Assembly (NCBI GenBank): GCA_022508345.1
Contig: JAFLVK010000001.1
Location: 164,371-228,370 of the forward strand
From: Clostridiales bacterium
Lineage (GTDB): Bacteria > Bacillota > Clostridia > Christensenellales > CAG-314
Length of the DNA: 64,000 nucleotides
Direction: 5' to 3'
The notes beneath the pieces are model-generated. The model made no database searches, was not told the origin of the DNA, and worked only from the letters and a program-made list of their open reading frames with translations. Of this stretch, positions 37,150 to 47,823 are shown piece after piece. The position numbers and the translations under genes are program-made. The number at the start of each line of letters is the position of its first letter. Within the stretch, counting starts at the first letter, position 1.

Positions 37150-37914
37150 TTACACTTTCCTGCGTTTGTTTTTGTAAAAATCAGTGCGTGGCAGCCACTT
37201 TATAAACTGTTCCAGCTGTTCATCCCAGAAACGCCATTCATGTCCGTATCCGCCCACTTCGTTCCAACTGAATTTAACTTTTCTATCCTCACAATATTGT
37301 TTCAATTTCAGGCTACAATCCAGTATAAAGTCCTCCTTGCCGCAAGATACATATATATCGCCCAATTTTGCGCGTTCTTTCAATCTTTTATCGACAAGAT
37401 GATAAATATTGTACTCCTGTCCCTTTTCCGTTTCAGCGTAATCGAACTTGCCTACCGCACCCGAAAAACAACCGACAGCCCTGTACTTGTCGGGACATCT
37501 GAAAAAGTGAAGAAGCGCGCCATAGCCACCCATAGACAAACCTGCAATGTAGGTGTCTTCGGGGCGTTTCGAAATGGGGAAATAGCCGCTCACAAGGCTG
37601 GGCAATTCCTCTTCAAGAAACTCGGAAAATTTTTCTTCTGTCACGTCAGCGTAAAATTTGTTTTCTCCACTGATGGCAACAACGGCGATGTTGTATTCTT
37701 CTGCAAAAAGCTGTGCGCGAGTGTAATCGAACACTGCATTGCAGTCATTGCCTATTCCGCCAAGGAAATACAAAACGGGATATTGGTTTTCGGGGGCATA
37801 TTCTGCTTTACCTGTGTATCCCAAGATTTCCGGATACACGGGCGAAGGTACCGCTACTATGATGTCCACGGCTCTTCCCATTGCTTTTGATAAGTAATTA
37901 CATTTAATCTTCAT
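37150..37914 (-). CDS. Esterase-family alpha/beta hydrolase (esterase D / putative esterase family)
   Basis: YPVLYFLGGIGND and the nucleophile elbow GLSMGGYGAL. Start set at ATG 37914 (AAAGGA RBS, avoids overlap with the GH3 gene). The ORF-track start is 37944. Confidence 0.8.
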   Translation of the reverse strand: MKIKCNYLSKAMGRAVDIIVAVPSPVYPEILGYTGKAEYAPENQYPVLYFLGGIGNDCNAVFDYTRAQLFAEEYNIAVVAISGENKFYADVTEEKFSEFLEEELPSLVSGYFPISKRPEDTYIAGLSMGGYGALLHFFRCPDKYRAVGCFSGAVGKFDYAETEKGQEYNIYHLVDKRLKERAKLGDIYVSCGKEDFILDCSLKLKQYCEDRKVKFSWNEVGGYGHEWRFWDEQLEQFIKWLPRTDFYKNKRRKV

Positions 37915-37925
37915 ATTACAGTCCT

Positions 37926-39632
37926 TTATATACGGGTATCCCATTTGCCGCAGAAAGCGTCAACAGGTTGCTGTGCAGTAAATTTGCTTCTACCCAAAAG
38001 TTTATCTACCAAGCACGGCACGGTGTATTCATTCATTCCGTAAGTGTTGATATACGTCTTTACCATTGGTACATCCAGAAGGTGATACGGATTTTCCGTC
38101 GAAACAAAAATAGTCGGAACGGATTTCACGAACCTGGGCACGTTTACACCCATGGGATTCATCCATTCGATTCGCACCGTCGTCTGGTTGGATTTAGTCG
38201 CCAAATTGCACAGATATAAAATGAGGTCATAGTTTTCGACCGTGTCGGAATACCGTGCGGTTTTTCCCTCCTTGCCTGTGTTGGGGACAAATCGCGTTAC
38301 GTTGAAGCCTTCCTTTTTCAGTAACGGTTCTATTTGTTCGTAAACACCCAAGCTACGGACATAACCCAAAGCGTTTTCGCCACTTTCTATGTCGTATATG
38401 AGAATATTTTTGATTTTCTTTTTGTCCAACGGCAGTATGTTCTGCTTGTTTTTTACCAGTGCAATGCTCTTGTCTGCCACTTCTTTCGCTACTTGCTTAT
38501 GAGCGGCACAACCAAGTGTTTTTTGCGCATTTTTCCCATTGGGGATATTGTCTTTTTCGTGCAGCTTAAGCGACGCTTTCAGTGCAAGAATACGGGCAAC
38601 AGCTTCATCAAGTCTTTCTTGCGTTATTACGCCCTCGTCGATACCCTGCCGCATGTATGCGTAATCCTCGTCCAAGTTTTTGGAAAACAAGAACATATCG
38701 CATCCTGCCGCTATCGAATAGGGCACGGCTTTATCCCGTGGCATTGCCGCATCAAAACCGGCCATAGTGGTCGCGTCGGAAATAATTAGACCGTTAAAGC
38801 CAAATTTTTCACGCAACAGATTGTTAAGCAGTTCCTTCGACAGCGACGCAGGCAATATTTGCTCATCTGAAAGAGATGGATTTAACAGCTTTGCATATGC
38901 AGGCTGCATAATATGCCCCACCATCACGGTCTTTGCGCCTTGGTCAATTAGCGTTTTGTATATATTGCCGTAAGTTCTATCCCAATCCTCAACCGAGAAA
39001 TCATTTACAGTTGTACACAAATGCTGATCACGCTCGTCCCTACCGTCCCCGGGGAAGTGCTTTATTGAACACGCCACGCCTCTTTTTTGGCACTCACGCA
39101 TATACTCGGAAGCAAAGTGCAAAACGGTATCGGGACTGGATCCAAATGTCCTAGTGTTAGTTATTGGGTTACGGAAATTGTAATCGATATCAACTATTGG
39201 AGCAAATGCGTAATTCGCTCCCACTGACAGTCCTTCCTCGGCGCAAATAGCACCAAGCGAAGCACCGTATTTTTTGTTACCTGTAGCGGCAACCATCATT
39301 TGAGACCCGACTTTCGTTCCGTCAGAACATATCCCGTTGCCACCGGCTTCAAGATTAGCGGCTATAAGCATAGGAATTGTGCTGCCACGTTGCAAAAGAG
39401 AAACTGTTTCCACCACCTTTTCCCGTGACATTACGCGGCACATTACGCCGCCAGCATGTATTTGATTGGTAAGTTTCTCAATATAATTTACGTCAGGTTC
39501 GTAAATGATAAGAAAAAACAGTTGTCCTGTTTTTTCTTCAATGCTCATTGTGCTGAGCGTATTTTTAACCCATTCAATGTCCTTATCTTGTAAAAAGAAT
39601 GGATTTAATTTGAATTGTGCGAAATTTATCAT
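37926..39632 (-). CDS. Glycoside hydrolase family 3 (NagZ/beta-glucosidase-like)
   Basis: KHFPGDGRDERDQH, GLIISDATTMAG, GCDMFLF. Start set at ATG 39632, immediately after the permease stop at 39634. Confidence 0.85.
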   Translation of the reverse strand: MINFAQFKLNPFFLQDKDIEWVKNTLSTMSIEEKTGQLFFLIIYEPDVNYIEKLTNQIHAGGVMCRVMSREKVVETVSLLQRGSTIPMLIAANLEAGGNGICSDGTKVGSQMMVAATGNKKYGASLGAICAEEGLSVGANYAFAPIVDIDYNFRNPITNTRTFGSSPDTVLHFASEYMRECQKRGVACSIKHFPGDGRDERDQHLCTTVNDFSVEDWDRTYGNIYKTLIDQGAKTVMVGHIMQPAYAKLLNPSLSDEQILPASLSKELLNNLLREKFGFNGLIISDATTMAGFDAAMPRDKAVPYSIAAGCDMFLFSKNLDEDYAYMRQGIDEGVITQERLDEAVARILALKASLKLHEKDNIPNGKNAQKTLGCAAHKQVAKEVADKSIALVKNKQNILPLDKKKIKNILIYDIESGENALGYVRSLGVYEQIEPLLKKEGFNVTRFVPNTGKEGKTARYSDTVENYDLILYLCNLATKSNQTTVRIEWMNPMGVNVPRFVKSVPTIFVSTENPYHLLDVPMVKTYINTYGMNEYTVPCLVDKLLGRSKFTAQQPVDAFCGKWDTRI

Positions 39633-39633
39633 T

Positions 39634-40650
39634 TTAAGCGATCTTCTTTTTGGCAGGTTTAATTTTTGCAATAAATTTTTTAATAGCTGTTACTATCAAG
39701 TCTTGGTTAGATGTGTAAGCCATAATTACTACAATGACCACACCTGTAATTATCGTTTGAATAGAGCCGTCTATTCCCGTGCAAACCATACCGTATGTCA
39801 TTACCTGCATACCGATAGCGCCCATCCATACGCCCCAAGGCATACAGGAAAAACGCGCAAGGAACAAGCCAACAAGTACAGGTCCCATTGACGAGTACAT
39901 TAGTGACGTAGAACTCAAATTGGAGGCAGGGTTTACATTTGCTTTGCTTGCATTAAACAGCGCGGCAAAACCCAGCAACACGCCTACTAGCAGGTAAGTT
40001 AGGAATATGTTCTTTTTTTCTTTAACTCCGGAATTTATCGAAAGCAACGCGTTGTTTCCAAGCGATCTCGTGTCGTAGCCGAATTTTGTGTGCTCCATCA
40101 GGAAATACACCGCAACGAGAACGACCGCCAATACGATATAGCACCACGGAGCCTGTGTTATTGCAATAATTCCGTCATATCTATTTAATTTAACGCCACC
40201 GCCTTCGAACACCACTTGAGAAATAGCTTCGTACAGCATAACTACACCTAACGAAACAATCATATTGGGTACCCGCAGGAAAATATACAACACTGCTTCA
40301 ACCATTGCAAGGATAACACAAGTTACTATGCAACACAAAAGCACCACAATTACATTTTCGCTTATCATTAACCCGATGTTACCACCGATAATGGCACCAA
40401 GCACGGCAATTGTTCCCGTAGCGAAGTCCCACCTTCCACCGGAAAGCGGAATGGCAATAGCAAGCGCGACAAATGTAGACAGAATACTCTGTCTGAATAT
40501 ATTGTCAAATCCGTTAGCCGAAACAAACAAGTTTGCCTGTCCGTATGCAGCAGTTATTATCAAAAACAACAGCCACATGGCTATGGGAAATATAAGCGTC
40601 AACGAATAGTTAATCGCTGTCTTTTTTACTTTTTTAGCGTTAAATTTCAT
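39634..40650 (-). CDS. Sugar ABC transporter permease (CUT2 / BPD_transp_2 type)
   Basis: About 9 TM helices with the branched-chain/ribose-type permease pattern. Start set at ATG 40650 after AGGAGG. Confidence 0.85.
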   Translation of the reverse strand: MKFNAKKVKKTAINYSLTLIFPIAMWLLFLIITAAYGQANLFVSANGFDNIFRQSILSTFVALAIAIPLSGGRWDFATGTIAVLGAIIGGNIGLMISENVIVVLLCCIVTCVILAMVEAVLYIFLRVPNMIVSLGVVMLYEAISQVVFEGGGVKLNRYDGIIAITQAPWCYIVLAVVLVAVYFLMEHTKFGYDTRSLGNNALLSINSGVKEKKNIFLTYLLVGVLLGFAALFNASKANVNPASNLSSTSLMYSSMGPVLVGLFLARFSCMPWGVWMGAIGMQVMTYGMVCTGIDGSIQTIITGVVIVVIMAYTSNQDLIVTAIKKFIAKIKPAKKKIA

Positions 40651-40710
40651 AACGGTCCTCCTGTATTTCCTCATACCCACGAATGTGGGTACGAGGTAAC
40701 AGAAATTTAA

Positions 40711-41913
40711 TTATGCGCTTCTTGCAGCTTTAACTTGTGCAAGAGTTCTGGTTGTAAGTGCAGTTAAGCTAGCCCAGGTTGCATTCTCGTTGAAGGAGAG
40801 CATGCATTGTTTAAGCTCTTCATTGGTGATGGGGCCGTTTGCCTTGTCGCCGATTATGAATGCTTTGAAGTCATTTACTTCTGCAACTGATGTAAGGATT
40901 GTATAATCTGCTACACCGTCTGCACCTGCGTATTGATAATATTGGCTATCTGCTTTTGCTCTGTCCGAATACCATGCAGTACCGTCGGATTCAAGTGCGT
41001 CGTATGCTCTTGCAAACATGCTTGCCATACATTGAACGTAGTTGTTGGTGCCTGCAGCAAGCAATGTACCGTCTTGCATATAGGATGCAACATCATCTGT
41101 GTAACCGAGAGAAAGCATCTTTACATTGTTGTGTCCGCCGTTGCGCAGTGCGGGAAGTACGTAGTCCATACCGGAGCCCATACCTACAACGATTTCAATG
41201 TCGGAGTGAGCCGTGAACATTGCCGTAACTGTAGCTTCGCACATTTCCTGCGTGAACATAAAGTACCAGTAGTCGCCTCTGTAATTGAAGGGGAAAGGCA
41301 TCGGATCATTGCCGGCACTGTAAAGGGTCTTAGATGCGTCCAAATCGTCAACCATCTGGTTGAACAATGTTGTTCCGTCAACAAATGCAAAAGGAGGGAA
41401 GGAGATACCTGCAATCTTTGTAAGGTTACTTGCGTTGATAACTTCTGCAAAGATTTTGCCGGTTGCAGCGGGATCGCCGCTAAATTGCTTTACACCGCCC
41501 AGGTAATATTTGCTTTGCAACTTGTCGGAAGCAATTTGTGTGGTTTGTGTATCGCCAAGGATAAGTCCGTAATAAACGCCCGCCTCTTCGCACTTTTCAA
41601 TGCAGGTATCAATTGCTGTGTTGTATCCGCTGAAAATTGCGTTGCAGCCTTGGTTTAAGCAGGATTCAAGTCCTTGAATGTGCGAGTCATCGTCAGAACC
41701 TACTGAAACGTAAACGAATTTAACGTCGAAGTCTTTTTCCAGATAATCGCCATATGCTTTAATTTGTGTGCCTTGTATATCGGTGAAGTTGTACAGAAGT
41801 ATACCAATCTTGTATTTAGCATTATCTGCGCAGCCTGACAAGAGCACTACCGACAACATACATGTGATTGCCAACATAACAATCAAGATTGTTGCTATAA
41901 GTTTCTTTTTCAT
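40711..41913 (-). CDS. Sugar ABC transporter substrate-binding lipoprotein (type 1 periplasmic binding fold)
   Basis: Lipobox LLSGCADN. Alternating beta-alpha pattern KIGILLYNFTD...GCNAIFSGYN typical of Peripla_BP proteins. It sits between two CUT2 permeases. Confidence 0.8.
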   Translation of the reverse strand: MKKKLIATILIVMLAITCMLSVVLLSGCADNAKYKIGILLYNFTDIQGTQIKAYGDYLEKDFDVKFVYVSVGSDDDSHIQGLESCLNQGCNAIFSGYNTAIDTCIEKCEEAGVYYGLILGDTQTTQIASDKLQSKYYLGGVKQFSGDPAATGKIFAEVINASNLTKIAGISFPPFAFVDGTTLFNQMVDDLDASKTLYSAGNDPMPFPFNYRGDYWYFMFTQEMCEATVTAMFTAHSDIEIVVGMGSGMDYVLPALRNGGHNNVKMLSLGYTDDVASYMQDGTLLAAGTNNYVQCMASMFARAYDALESDGTAWYSDRAKADSQYYQYAGADGVADYTILTSVAEVNDFKAFIIGDKANGPITNEELKQCMLSFNENATWASLTALTTRTLAQVKAARSA

Positions 41914-41970
41914 TGTTTTCTCCTTTTTTTGTGTTTTTTTATTATATTTACGGTAACTTGCCCGTAATTT

Positions 41971-42981
41971 TTATCTAGGCATTGCCTTGATTGTGGACGA
42001 ACGGCGAAGCGTAGTAGCTATCATAATAATAAATACAACACTCTTAATAATTAGCACGTACGCATCTGACAGCCCAAGCTGTGACAGTCCATTGGTCAGT
42101 ATAACGTAAGTTATTGAGCCGACAATCGCGGCACTCATTCTCGATTTGCTGCCGCCGGACAGTAGCATTCCGCCCAGTATAAGCGCAATCATTATATCCA
42201 TTTCTCTTCCCTGTCCAAAGTTCTGCGTGACACTGTTGGTACGGGAAAGATAGAACAAAGTAGCCAATCCGACACATGCTCCGGCTATGGCATAGCTGAT
42301 ATACTTTACCTTATTAACCTTTGCGCCCGACTGCATGGAAGAAAGGGGATTGTCGCCTATCGCCCTGTCGTATTTGCCGAAAGCAGTAAAGGAAAATACC
42401 AACCAACATATCACCGCAACGATAATTACGCACAAAATCATAAACCACTGTTCGCGGAACAATGCAAGCGCAGACGTATCGTCCAGTTTGTATCCACTCA
42501 TCGTTTGTGAAACGAGATAAGTTACAGCACCTCTTGCGGTAAACATAATGGCAAGGGAGCCTATCGTGCTCATTATTCTAAATTTAATCGAAACAAAAAT
42601 GTTGAATAAATAGAACACTTCGCACAGGACTATTCCGACAAGCAGCGCCACAAATACGCTTAGCGGCGTACACCCCATTCCATTTATTACAAATATGGAA
42701 ACAAGCGCGCTCAAAGCCAGTACTGCGCCGGAAGAAATATCAAAGTTACCATGAGCAAAAATGAATGTCATTCCCACGCACAGTATGATTAGCGGCGTAA
42801 GCTGGCTTAAAATGGAACTGATACTGAATTTGGAAAAGATTCTTCCTCCCGTAGCAGCAGCAAACACTACCACAACCAAAATCAGAAGTCCGTAACGAAT
42901 AAATGTGTTTTTGTTTACCTTAACAAAGTGTAAGGCGGTATTCAACTTGTTTCTATCTGTTGATTTCTTTTCTTGTTCCAT
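41971..42981 (-). CDS. Sugar ABC transporter permease (CUT2 type), second subunit
   Basis: Polytopic, paralogous in layout to 39634-40650 (GGRIFS, FDISSGAV, LGGMLLSGG). Confidence 0.85.
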   Translation of the reverse strand: MEQEKKSTDRNKLNTALHFVKVNKNTFIRYGLLILVVVVFAAATGGRIFSKFSISSILSQLTPLIILCVGMTFIFAHGNFDISSGAVLALSALVSIFVINGMGCTPLSVFVALLVGIVLCEVFYLFNIFVSIKFRIMSTIGSLAIMFTARGAVTYLVSQTMSGYKLDDTSALALFREQWFMILCVIIVAVICWLVFSFTAFGKYDRAIGDNPLSSMQSGAKVNKVKYISYAIAGACVGLATLFYLSRTNSVTQNFGQGREMDIMIALILGGMLLSGGSKSRMSAAIVGSITYVILTNGLSQLGLSDAYVLIIKSVVFIIMIATTLRRSSTIKAMPR

Positions 42982-42992
42982 CGTACTCCGCC

Positions 42993-44642
42993 TTAAATCA
43001 TATAATTTATTATATCCGTATCGCGCAAATTTTCACTGCGAACAAATTCTTTGGTTATTTCGCCGTTTTTCATGATTACCACTCTATCGCTCATACCGAT
43101 AAGCTCCGGCATTTCTTCAGATATTATCAAAATGGCGTAATTTTGTTTCTTTAGTTCGTACAAAAGCTGATACATCGTGGTTTTTACGCCCACATCAACG
43201 CCACGCGTGGGGGAATCAAACACCAGTATTTTGGAACGGTTGCCTATCCATTTGCCGAAGGAAACCTTTTGCTTGTTTCCGCCGGATAGCTCCCTGACTT
43301 CCTGATTGGGTGAAGAGCACTTAATTTTCAAGCCGTCCACCTGCTCTTGCGCAAACACCGTTTCCCTCGAAGTGGGAATGACGCCGAATACACTCAACAG
43401 CTCTGTTGCCGAAAGACAAAGATTTTCCTTTATTGTTGCCGCAGTGATAAGCGTCTCTCTATCTCTATCTTTTGAAATATATCCAATACCTGCGTCAAAT
43501 GCACTTTTGATGTTTTTTATGTTGTAACCCACAGTATCTTTGACAATGGTTTTACCGGCAAGGTCAATGTTCGGATTTGCAGCTGCTTTACCAAACAGCT
43601 TTCTCACCCTGTGACCGATAAGTATGAGCGTGTCCTTTAGCCTATGCAGGTGAATTGTGCGTCGCTCTTTGAAATCGGGCTTTCTGGGCGCATATGCCGT
43701 AACGGTTCCGGAAATCACTTTTTCCATTCCAAAAAACAGTTTTCCTATCTCATGCATTCCGCTTCCCGACAATCCGCCTATACCGACGATTTCGCCTTTA
43801 TGCACTGCAAGGTTTATGTTTTTTAGCGTTGCCGTCGTTACGTTCTCGGCGGACAGGGCTACTTCGTCACTGCATGTCGGGTCGTAGTCAGACCGATAAT
43901 AGTTGCCTTCAATTTTTCTGCCAACCATTGTCTGCTTGATTTTGTCCTCATCGAACTCGCTCTTGTCTATTTTTGCGATATACTGTCCGTCACGCAAAAC
44001 AATCAACTCATCGCAAGTTTCCATAAGCTCCGGCAAATCGTGCGAGATAAACAATACTGCTTTACCTTCTTGTGCAAATTGCCTAATTATTTCGTGAATC
44101 TTATTTCTGCCATCCTGCGAAAGCGCCGTTGTCGTCTCGTCTACTATGAGGAGCTCGGGATTGTAATACAATGTCTTTGCTATTTCCACCATCTTGCGCG
44201 TTTCAAAGTTGTAAGCGGCGGCAGGTGCAGTTACATCAATCTCAAGCCCGACAAGTGCCAAAGCTTTTCTCGCTTCCTCTTCCAGCTTCGCTCTATTGAC
44301 AATGCCAAATTTGGCGAACTTGTTTTCTTCGCCAAGGAAGATGTTTTCCGCCACGGAAATGTAGTCAACCGTTCCCGCTTCCTGAACAATCATGCCTATG
44401 CCGTGCTTGCGCGCATCACCGGGATCTGTCGGTTTGTACGGTTGACCTTTCAAAAATATTTCGCCTGACGTTATAGTGTGAATTCCACTTATCATTGACG
44501 ATATAGTAGATTTACCCGAGCCGTTTTCTCCTATTAGCCCGAGCACTTTACCAAGTTCTATTTTGATATTTACCGCATCAACTGCAACAACTTCTCCGAA
44601 GTGTTTTGTCAGGTCGCGTGTTTCAATAAAAATTTCACCCAT
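42993..44642 (-). CDS. Sugar ABC transporter ATP-binding protein, duplicated NBD (RbsA/MglA type)
   Basis: NBD1 Walker A GENGSGKST, signature-like TTALSQ, and LLIVDETT. NBD2 has LSGGNKQKV and ILVFDSPTRGVD. Start set at ATG 44642 after AAGGTG. Confidence 0.9.
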   Translation of the reverse strand: MGEIFIETRDLTKHFGEVVAVDAVNIKIELGKVLGLIGENGSGKSTISSMISGIHTITSGEIFLKGQPYKPTDPGDARKHGIGMIVQEAGTVDYISVAENIFLGEENKFAKFGIVNRAKLEEEARKALALVGLEIDVTAPAAAYNFETRKMVEIAKTLYYNPELLIVDETTTALSQDGRNKIHEIIRQFAQEGKAVLFISHDLPELMETCDELIVLRDGQYIAKIDKSEFDEDKIKQTMVGRKIEGNYYRSDYDPTCSDEVALSAENVTTATLKNINLAVHKGEIVGIGGLSGSGMHEIGKLFFGMEKVISGTVTAYAPRKPDFKERRTIHLHRLKDTLILIGHRVRKLFGKAAANPNIDLAGKTIVKDTVGYNIKNIKSAFDAGIGYISKDRDRETLITAATIKENLCLSATELLSVFGVIPTSRETVFAQEQVDGLKIKCSSPNQEVRELSGGNKQKVSFGKWIGNRSKILVFDSPTRGVDVGVKTTMYQLLYELKKQNYAILIISEEMPELIGMSDRVVIMKNGEITKEFVRSENLRDTDIINYMI

Positions 44643-44834
44643 AAAATTCACCTTCGTTTTTATTTTAATATAGTATAAAAAACAAATAAATACAGTTTGA
44701 TGTCTTATTATATGTAAATTTTTGAACTGTAACGGACGAAAATTGTCAATTTTTATTCTTCCGTATTGACTTTACATTATTTATATCGTAAAATATTGAT
44801 AAATTATGTAAAATTTTGTTTTCAAAGGAACATT

Positions 44835-47327
44835 ATGGAACACAGACACGAAATTATCAGCTTCCCCGATAACTCTCCAATTAAAGTATTCATTCACAAG
44901 CTTGGCGACGTCAACATGCATTGGCATCGCTCACTGGAATTGCTGTATATTGTCAAGGGAGAAGTCAAAATTACCGAAGGGGGTAATTTATACACGCTTA
45001 AGGATGACGATATAATTTTAATCAATTCGAAGGTTCCGCATTCTTTACATGCCGAAAACGCCACCATGATAGCGGCACAAATTAAAATCGACCTCCTCTC
45101 TGTCATTCCCGACAAGATAAAAAACTATTTTTTCAATTGCGTTTCCATATCTGACGACAAAGACAAATATACACCGATAAAACAGTGTCTTGCAAATCTG
45201 CTAAAGTTCAACGTGGAAAGCAGCGGAGATTATTCCAATCTTATCAATATTTCGTTGTGTTACAGGCTGATGTACGAATTGTACGTCAATTTCGGCAATC
45301 CGGAAAACAAGATTGCCGGCAATCAAAATGAGCAACTTTCACGGCTCAATGTCCTGCTGGAATATATCAATAAAAATTATTCCGACGATTTATCACTGGA
45401 AAGCCTTGCAGGAATAGTTAATGTAACCCCGTCGTATCTTTCGAAATCGTTTAAACTTTTGATGGGCATGACTGTGAGTGATTACATCAAAAGTATAAGA
45501 CTGCATCAAGCTGCTATCTTATTGAGCACTACTAATCTCAGTTCGGAAATTATTTGTGAAAAATGCGGTTTCCCCAACACGCATTCCTTTTTGTCCGCTT
45601 TCAAGGAGAAGTATTCTACCCTTCCAAGCAAATGGAGAAAAGAAAATAAAAGTCGGGCCAATGTCATAGACGACCCCGAACAGACAATTGGTTATAACGC
45701 AACCAACTCCGCTATTCTCTATAGCAGCGTCACTGACTTTATAGACAAATATGCCAATGCCACTATTTCTACAGGCGAAAGTTCACAAGTAAACTTTCTG
45801 CAAAATGAAATTACCGTTGTTGACGACACTAGCACTAAGCTGACCAGCACGGAAAGATATGTACTCGGCGTAAGTCGCGCAAAAGAATTACTGTTTGCGC
45901 CGGTACGGGAAATGATAACAGAGCTACAGCGAGAGATAGGGTTTAAATATGTTAAAATGCACTCCATTTTTGATGACGACATGATGGTATACAGTGAGTT
46001 TGACGGTACGCCACATTACAACTTCAACTTGATTGACAGCGTTTACGACTTTTTGCTCTCCATCAATTTGAAGCCGTATGTACAGCTTTCCTTTATGCCA
46101 TCTGCTTTGGCTACGCAAAAAGATAAGACCACATTTTATGCCAAAGTAATAGTATCCACACCCAAAGACATCAACAAATGGAATGCATTGGTAGACAAAT
46201 TTGTACAACATCTTATTGCGCGTTATGGCAAAGAAGAAGTTGAAAGCTGGCCCTTTGCCGTTTGGAATGAGCCCTTTACTTCGCAAAATATTTTTGGGTT
46301 TGAAAATAGAGAAGACTATTATTCGCTGTACATCAATTCATATAACACAATAAAAAATATAGACGCCAATATTAAAGTCGGCGGTCCGTCGCACTTTGCA
46401 GCATATGGGAAAAATAACCACCTGCTTGCGGAGTTTTTAACAGTAATGAAAGAACGCGACTGTACCCCGGATTTCATCGATTTGCACTATTACGACACTG
46501 ATATGTCGCGTCTTTATTTAGATAAAAACGGAATGAAAATTTCCACGCAGCTTTCACCTCGCCCGGGAACTTTCGGTGAAGAGATGACAAAACTACAAGC
46601 CGAACTTGCTGCTGTAGGCTTCGGAGACATTCCAATTTATCTAACAGAATGGAATTCCACAACGTCACATAGAGATTTGCTATCCGACACTTGCTTTAAA
46701 TCGTCTTACATTGTCAAAAATGTGCTTGAAACGTACGGTATGTTACAGGCAAGCGGATATTGGCTTTTAACGGATTTGCACGAAGAGAGCTATCTTGAAG
46801 ACAAATTATTCCACGGTGGATTAGGGATGTTTACTGTTAACGGCATCAAGAAGCCGGCGTATTTTGCGTATCGTTTCCTATCGATTCTTGGCGATGAACT
46901 GATAACAAAGGGTGACGGGTATTTCGTTACTAAACGCAATGACAGCTATGTAATTCTATTATACAATTACGCCCACTACTCCTCTGCATATTCCGAAGAG
47001 GTAGGAATAAACACAAACTATACAGACAGGTATTCTGTATTCCCCGAAAGTGGCATCAAGGAATTTTGTTTCAATTTTCCCAATATCAAAGGAACACACT
47101 TGGCTGTACACCACATTATGAACAGAAAGCACGGATCTGCCTTTGACAATTTTATAAACATGGGCGCAGTTGAACCACTTTCAAAAGAAGAAACAGTGTG
47201 GCTAAAACAAATTACCGAACCGCAAATAAAAAAGGAGCTAATCAAAGCTCCTGTCAATATTCGCATTACTCTTCAACCCTTTGAAATAAGATTGATTGAA
47301 ATAATCCCAACCATAGACTCACAATAA
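44835..47327 (+). CDS. AraC-family regulator fused to a GH39 (beta-xylosidase-like) glycoside hydrolase domain
   Basis: N-terminal cupin (VFIHKLGDVNMHWHRSLELLYIV). AraC HTH pair (VTPSYLSKSFK...GFPNTHSFLSAFKEKY). Then a TIM-barrel region with FAVWNEPF (acid/base) and IYLTEWNS (nucleophile). Start set at ATG 44835 after AAAGGAA. Confidence 0.85.
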   Translation: MEHRHEIISFPDNSPIKVFIHKLGDVNMHWHRSLELLYIVKGEVKITEGGNLYTLKDDDIILINSKVPHSLHAENATMIAAQIKIDLLSVIPDKIKNYFFNCVSISDDKDKYTPIKQCLANLLKFNVESSGDYSNLINISLCYRLMYELYVNFGNPENKIAGNQNEQLSRLNVLLEYINKNYSDDLSLESLAGIVNVTPSYLSKSFKLLMGMTVSDYIKSIRLHQAAILLSTTNLSSEIICEKCGFPNTHSFLSAFKEKYSTLPSKWRKENKSRANVIDDPEQTIGYNATNSAILYSSVTDFIDKYANATISTGESSQVNFLQNEITVVDDTSTKLTSTERYVLGVSRAKELLFAPVREMITELQREIGFKYVKMHSIFDDDMMVYSEFDGTPHYNFNLIDSVYDFLLSINLKPYVQLSFMPSALATQKDKTTFYAKVIVSTPKDINKWNALVDKFVQHLIARYGKEEVESWPFAVWNEPFTSQNIFGFENREDYYSLYINSYNTIKNIDANIKVGGPSHFAAYGKNNHLLAEFLTVMKERDCTPDFIDLHYYDTDMSRLYLDKNGMKISTQLSPRPGTFGEEMTKLQAELAAVGFGDIPIYLTEWNSTTSHRDLLSDTCFKSSYIVKNVLETYGMLQASGYWLLTDLHEESYLEDKLFHGGLGMFTVNGIKKPAYFAYRFLSILGDELITKGDGYFVTKRNDSYVILLYNYAHYSSAYSEEVGINTNYTDRYSVFPESGIKEFCFNFPNIKGTHLAVHHIMNRKHGSAFDNFINMGAVEPLSKEETVWLKQITEPQIKKELIKAPVNIRITLQPFEIRLIEIIPTIDSQ

Positions 47328-47374
47328 GGTCACGCCAAATTATAAATTTCACTATTATCCCCAAAATCAATTTT

Positions 47375-47402
47375 CTGCCCAAAACCGCAATGTTTTGGGC
47401 AG
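47375..47402 (+). terminator. Rho-independent terminator of the AraC-GH39 gene; last core feature before the island
   Basis: ctgcccaaaa / ttttgggcag 10-bp stem with an 8-nt loop, followed by a T-rich tail. Confidence 0.7.
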
Positions 47403-47450
47403 TTCAATTTCTCCATTTACTACCACTATTCCTTAATCCCATATCACAAA

Positions 47451-47725
47451 GTCAGAAGCATTTTGACCCAAAATCCAATTTAGGAAATCTTAACCATTTT
47501 CCCTCTTTTTCTCGCTTAAAATACGACGAATTCGTGCTAAAACTAGGATTTTTTAACCACTTAACATCTTTTCTCGTTTGCATATCGGATTTTTCCCCAA
47601 TTTTCCCAAACACGGAACTGGAATCCTTTACATCCGGTGGAATATAACATATACCCCCATCGAATTCCCCAGATTAAAAAGTTGCAAAAATTACATTTCC
47701 CCAATTTTCAATAAATTGGGGAAAA
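47451..47725. repeat. Direct repeat copy A (~275 bp) at the core/island junction, 3' of module 1
   Basis: Aligns with 52978-53250. The core 47531-47725 versus 53058-53250 looks roughly 80 percent identical by eye (not computed). It contains TTTCCCCAATTT twice direct (47592-47603, 47696-47707) and once inverted (47713-47724). The last pair forms a 12-bp hairpin followed by a U-run on the minus strand. Confidence 0.8.
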
Positions 47726-47823
47726 TAGATATCATGATGTATTGAACTGATTTTCATTGGAATTAAAAATAAACATTTATGATTGACCGCTAGTCAATAA
47801 ACTTGGGGACTTCCTATAATTAT

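Noticed and set aside
47390-47647. 85-aa plus-strand ORF in repeat copy A, and a ~40-codon frame open with the same stop position in copy B (53036-53173)
   Set aside because: Differences between the two copies are spread evenly over codon positions (about 8, 5 and 6 at positions 1, 2 and 3). There is no Shine-Dalgarno. The copy-A ORF starts inside the upstream terminator hairpin, and copy B has an in-frame stop at 53018. It is more likely non-coding.
47640-47665. XerD-arm-like sequence (minus sense ATATGTTATAT, 9 of 11 matches to TTATGTTAAAT) in the island repeat, suggesting a dif/IMEX site
   Set aside because: There is no matching XerC arm in inverted orientation at the right spacing, and the match is AT-rich and short.
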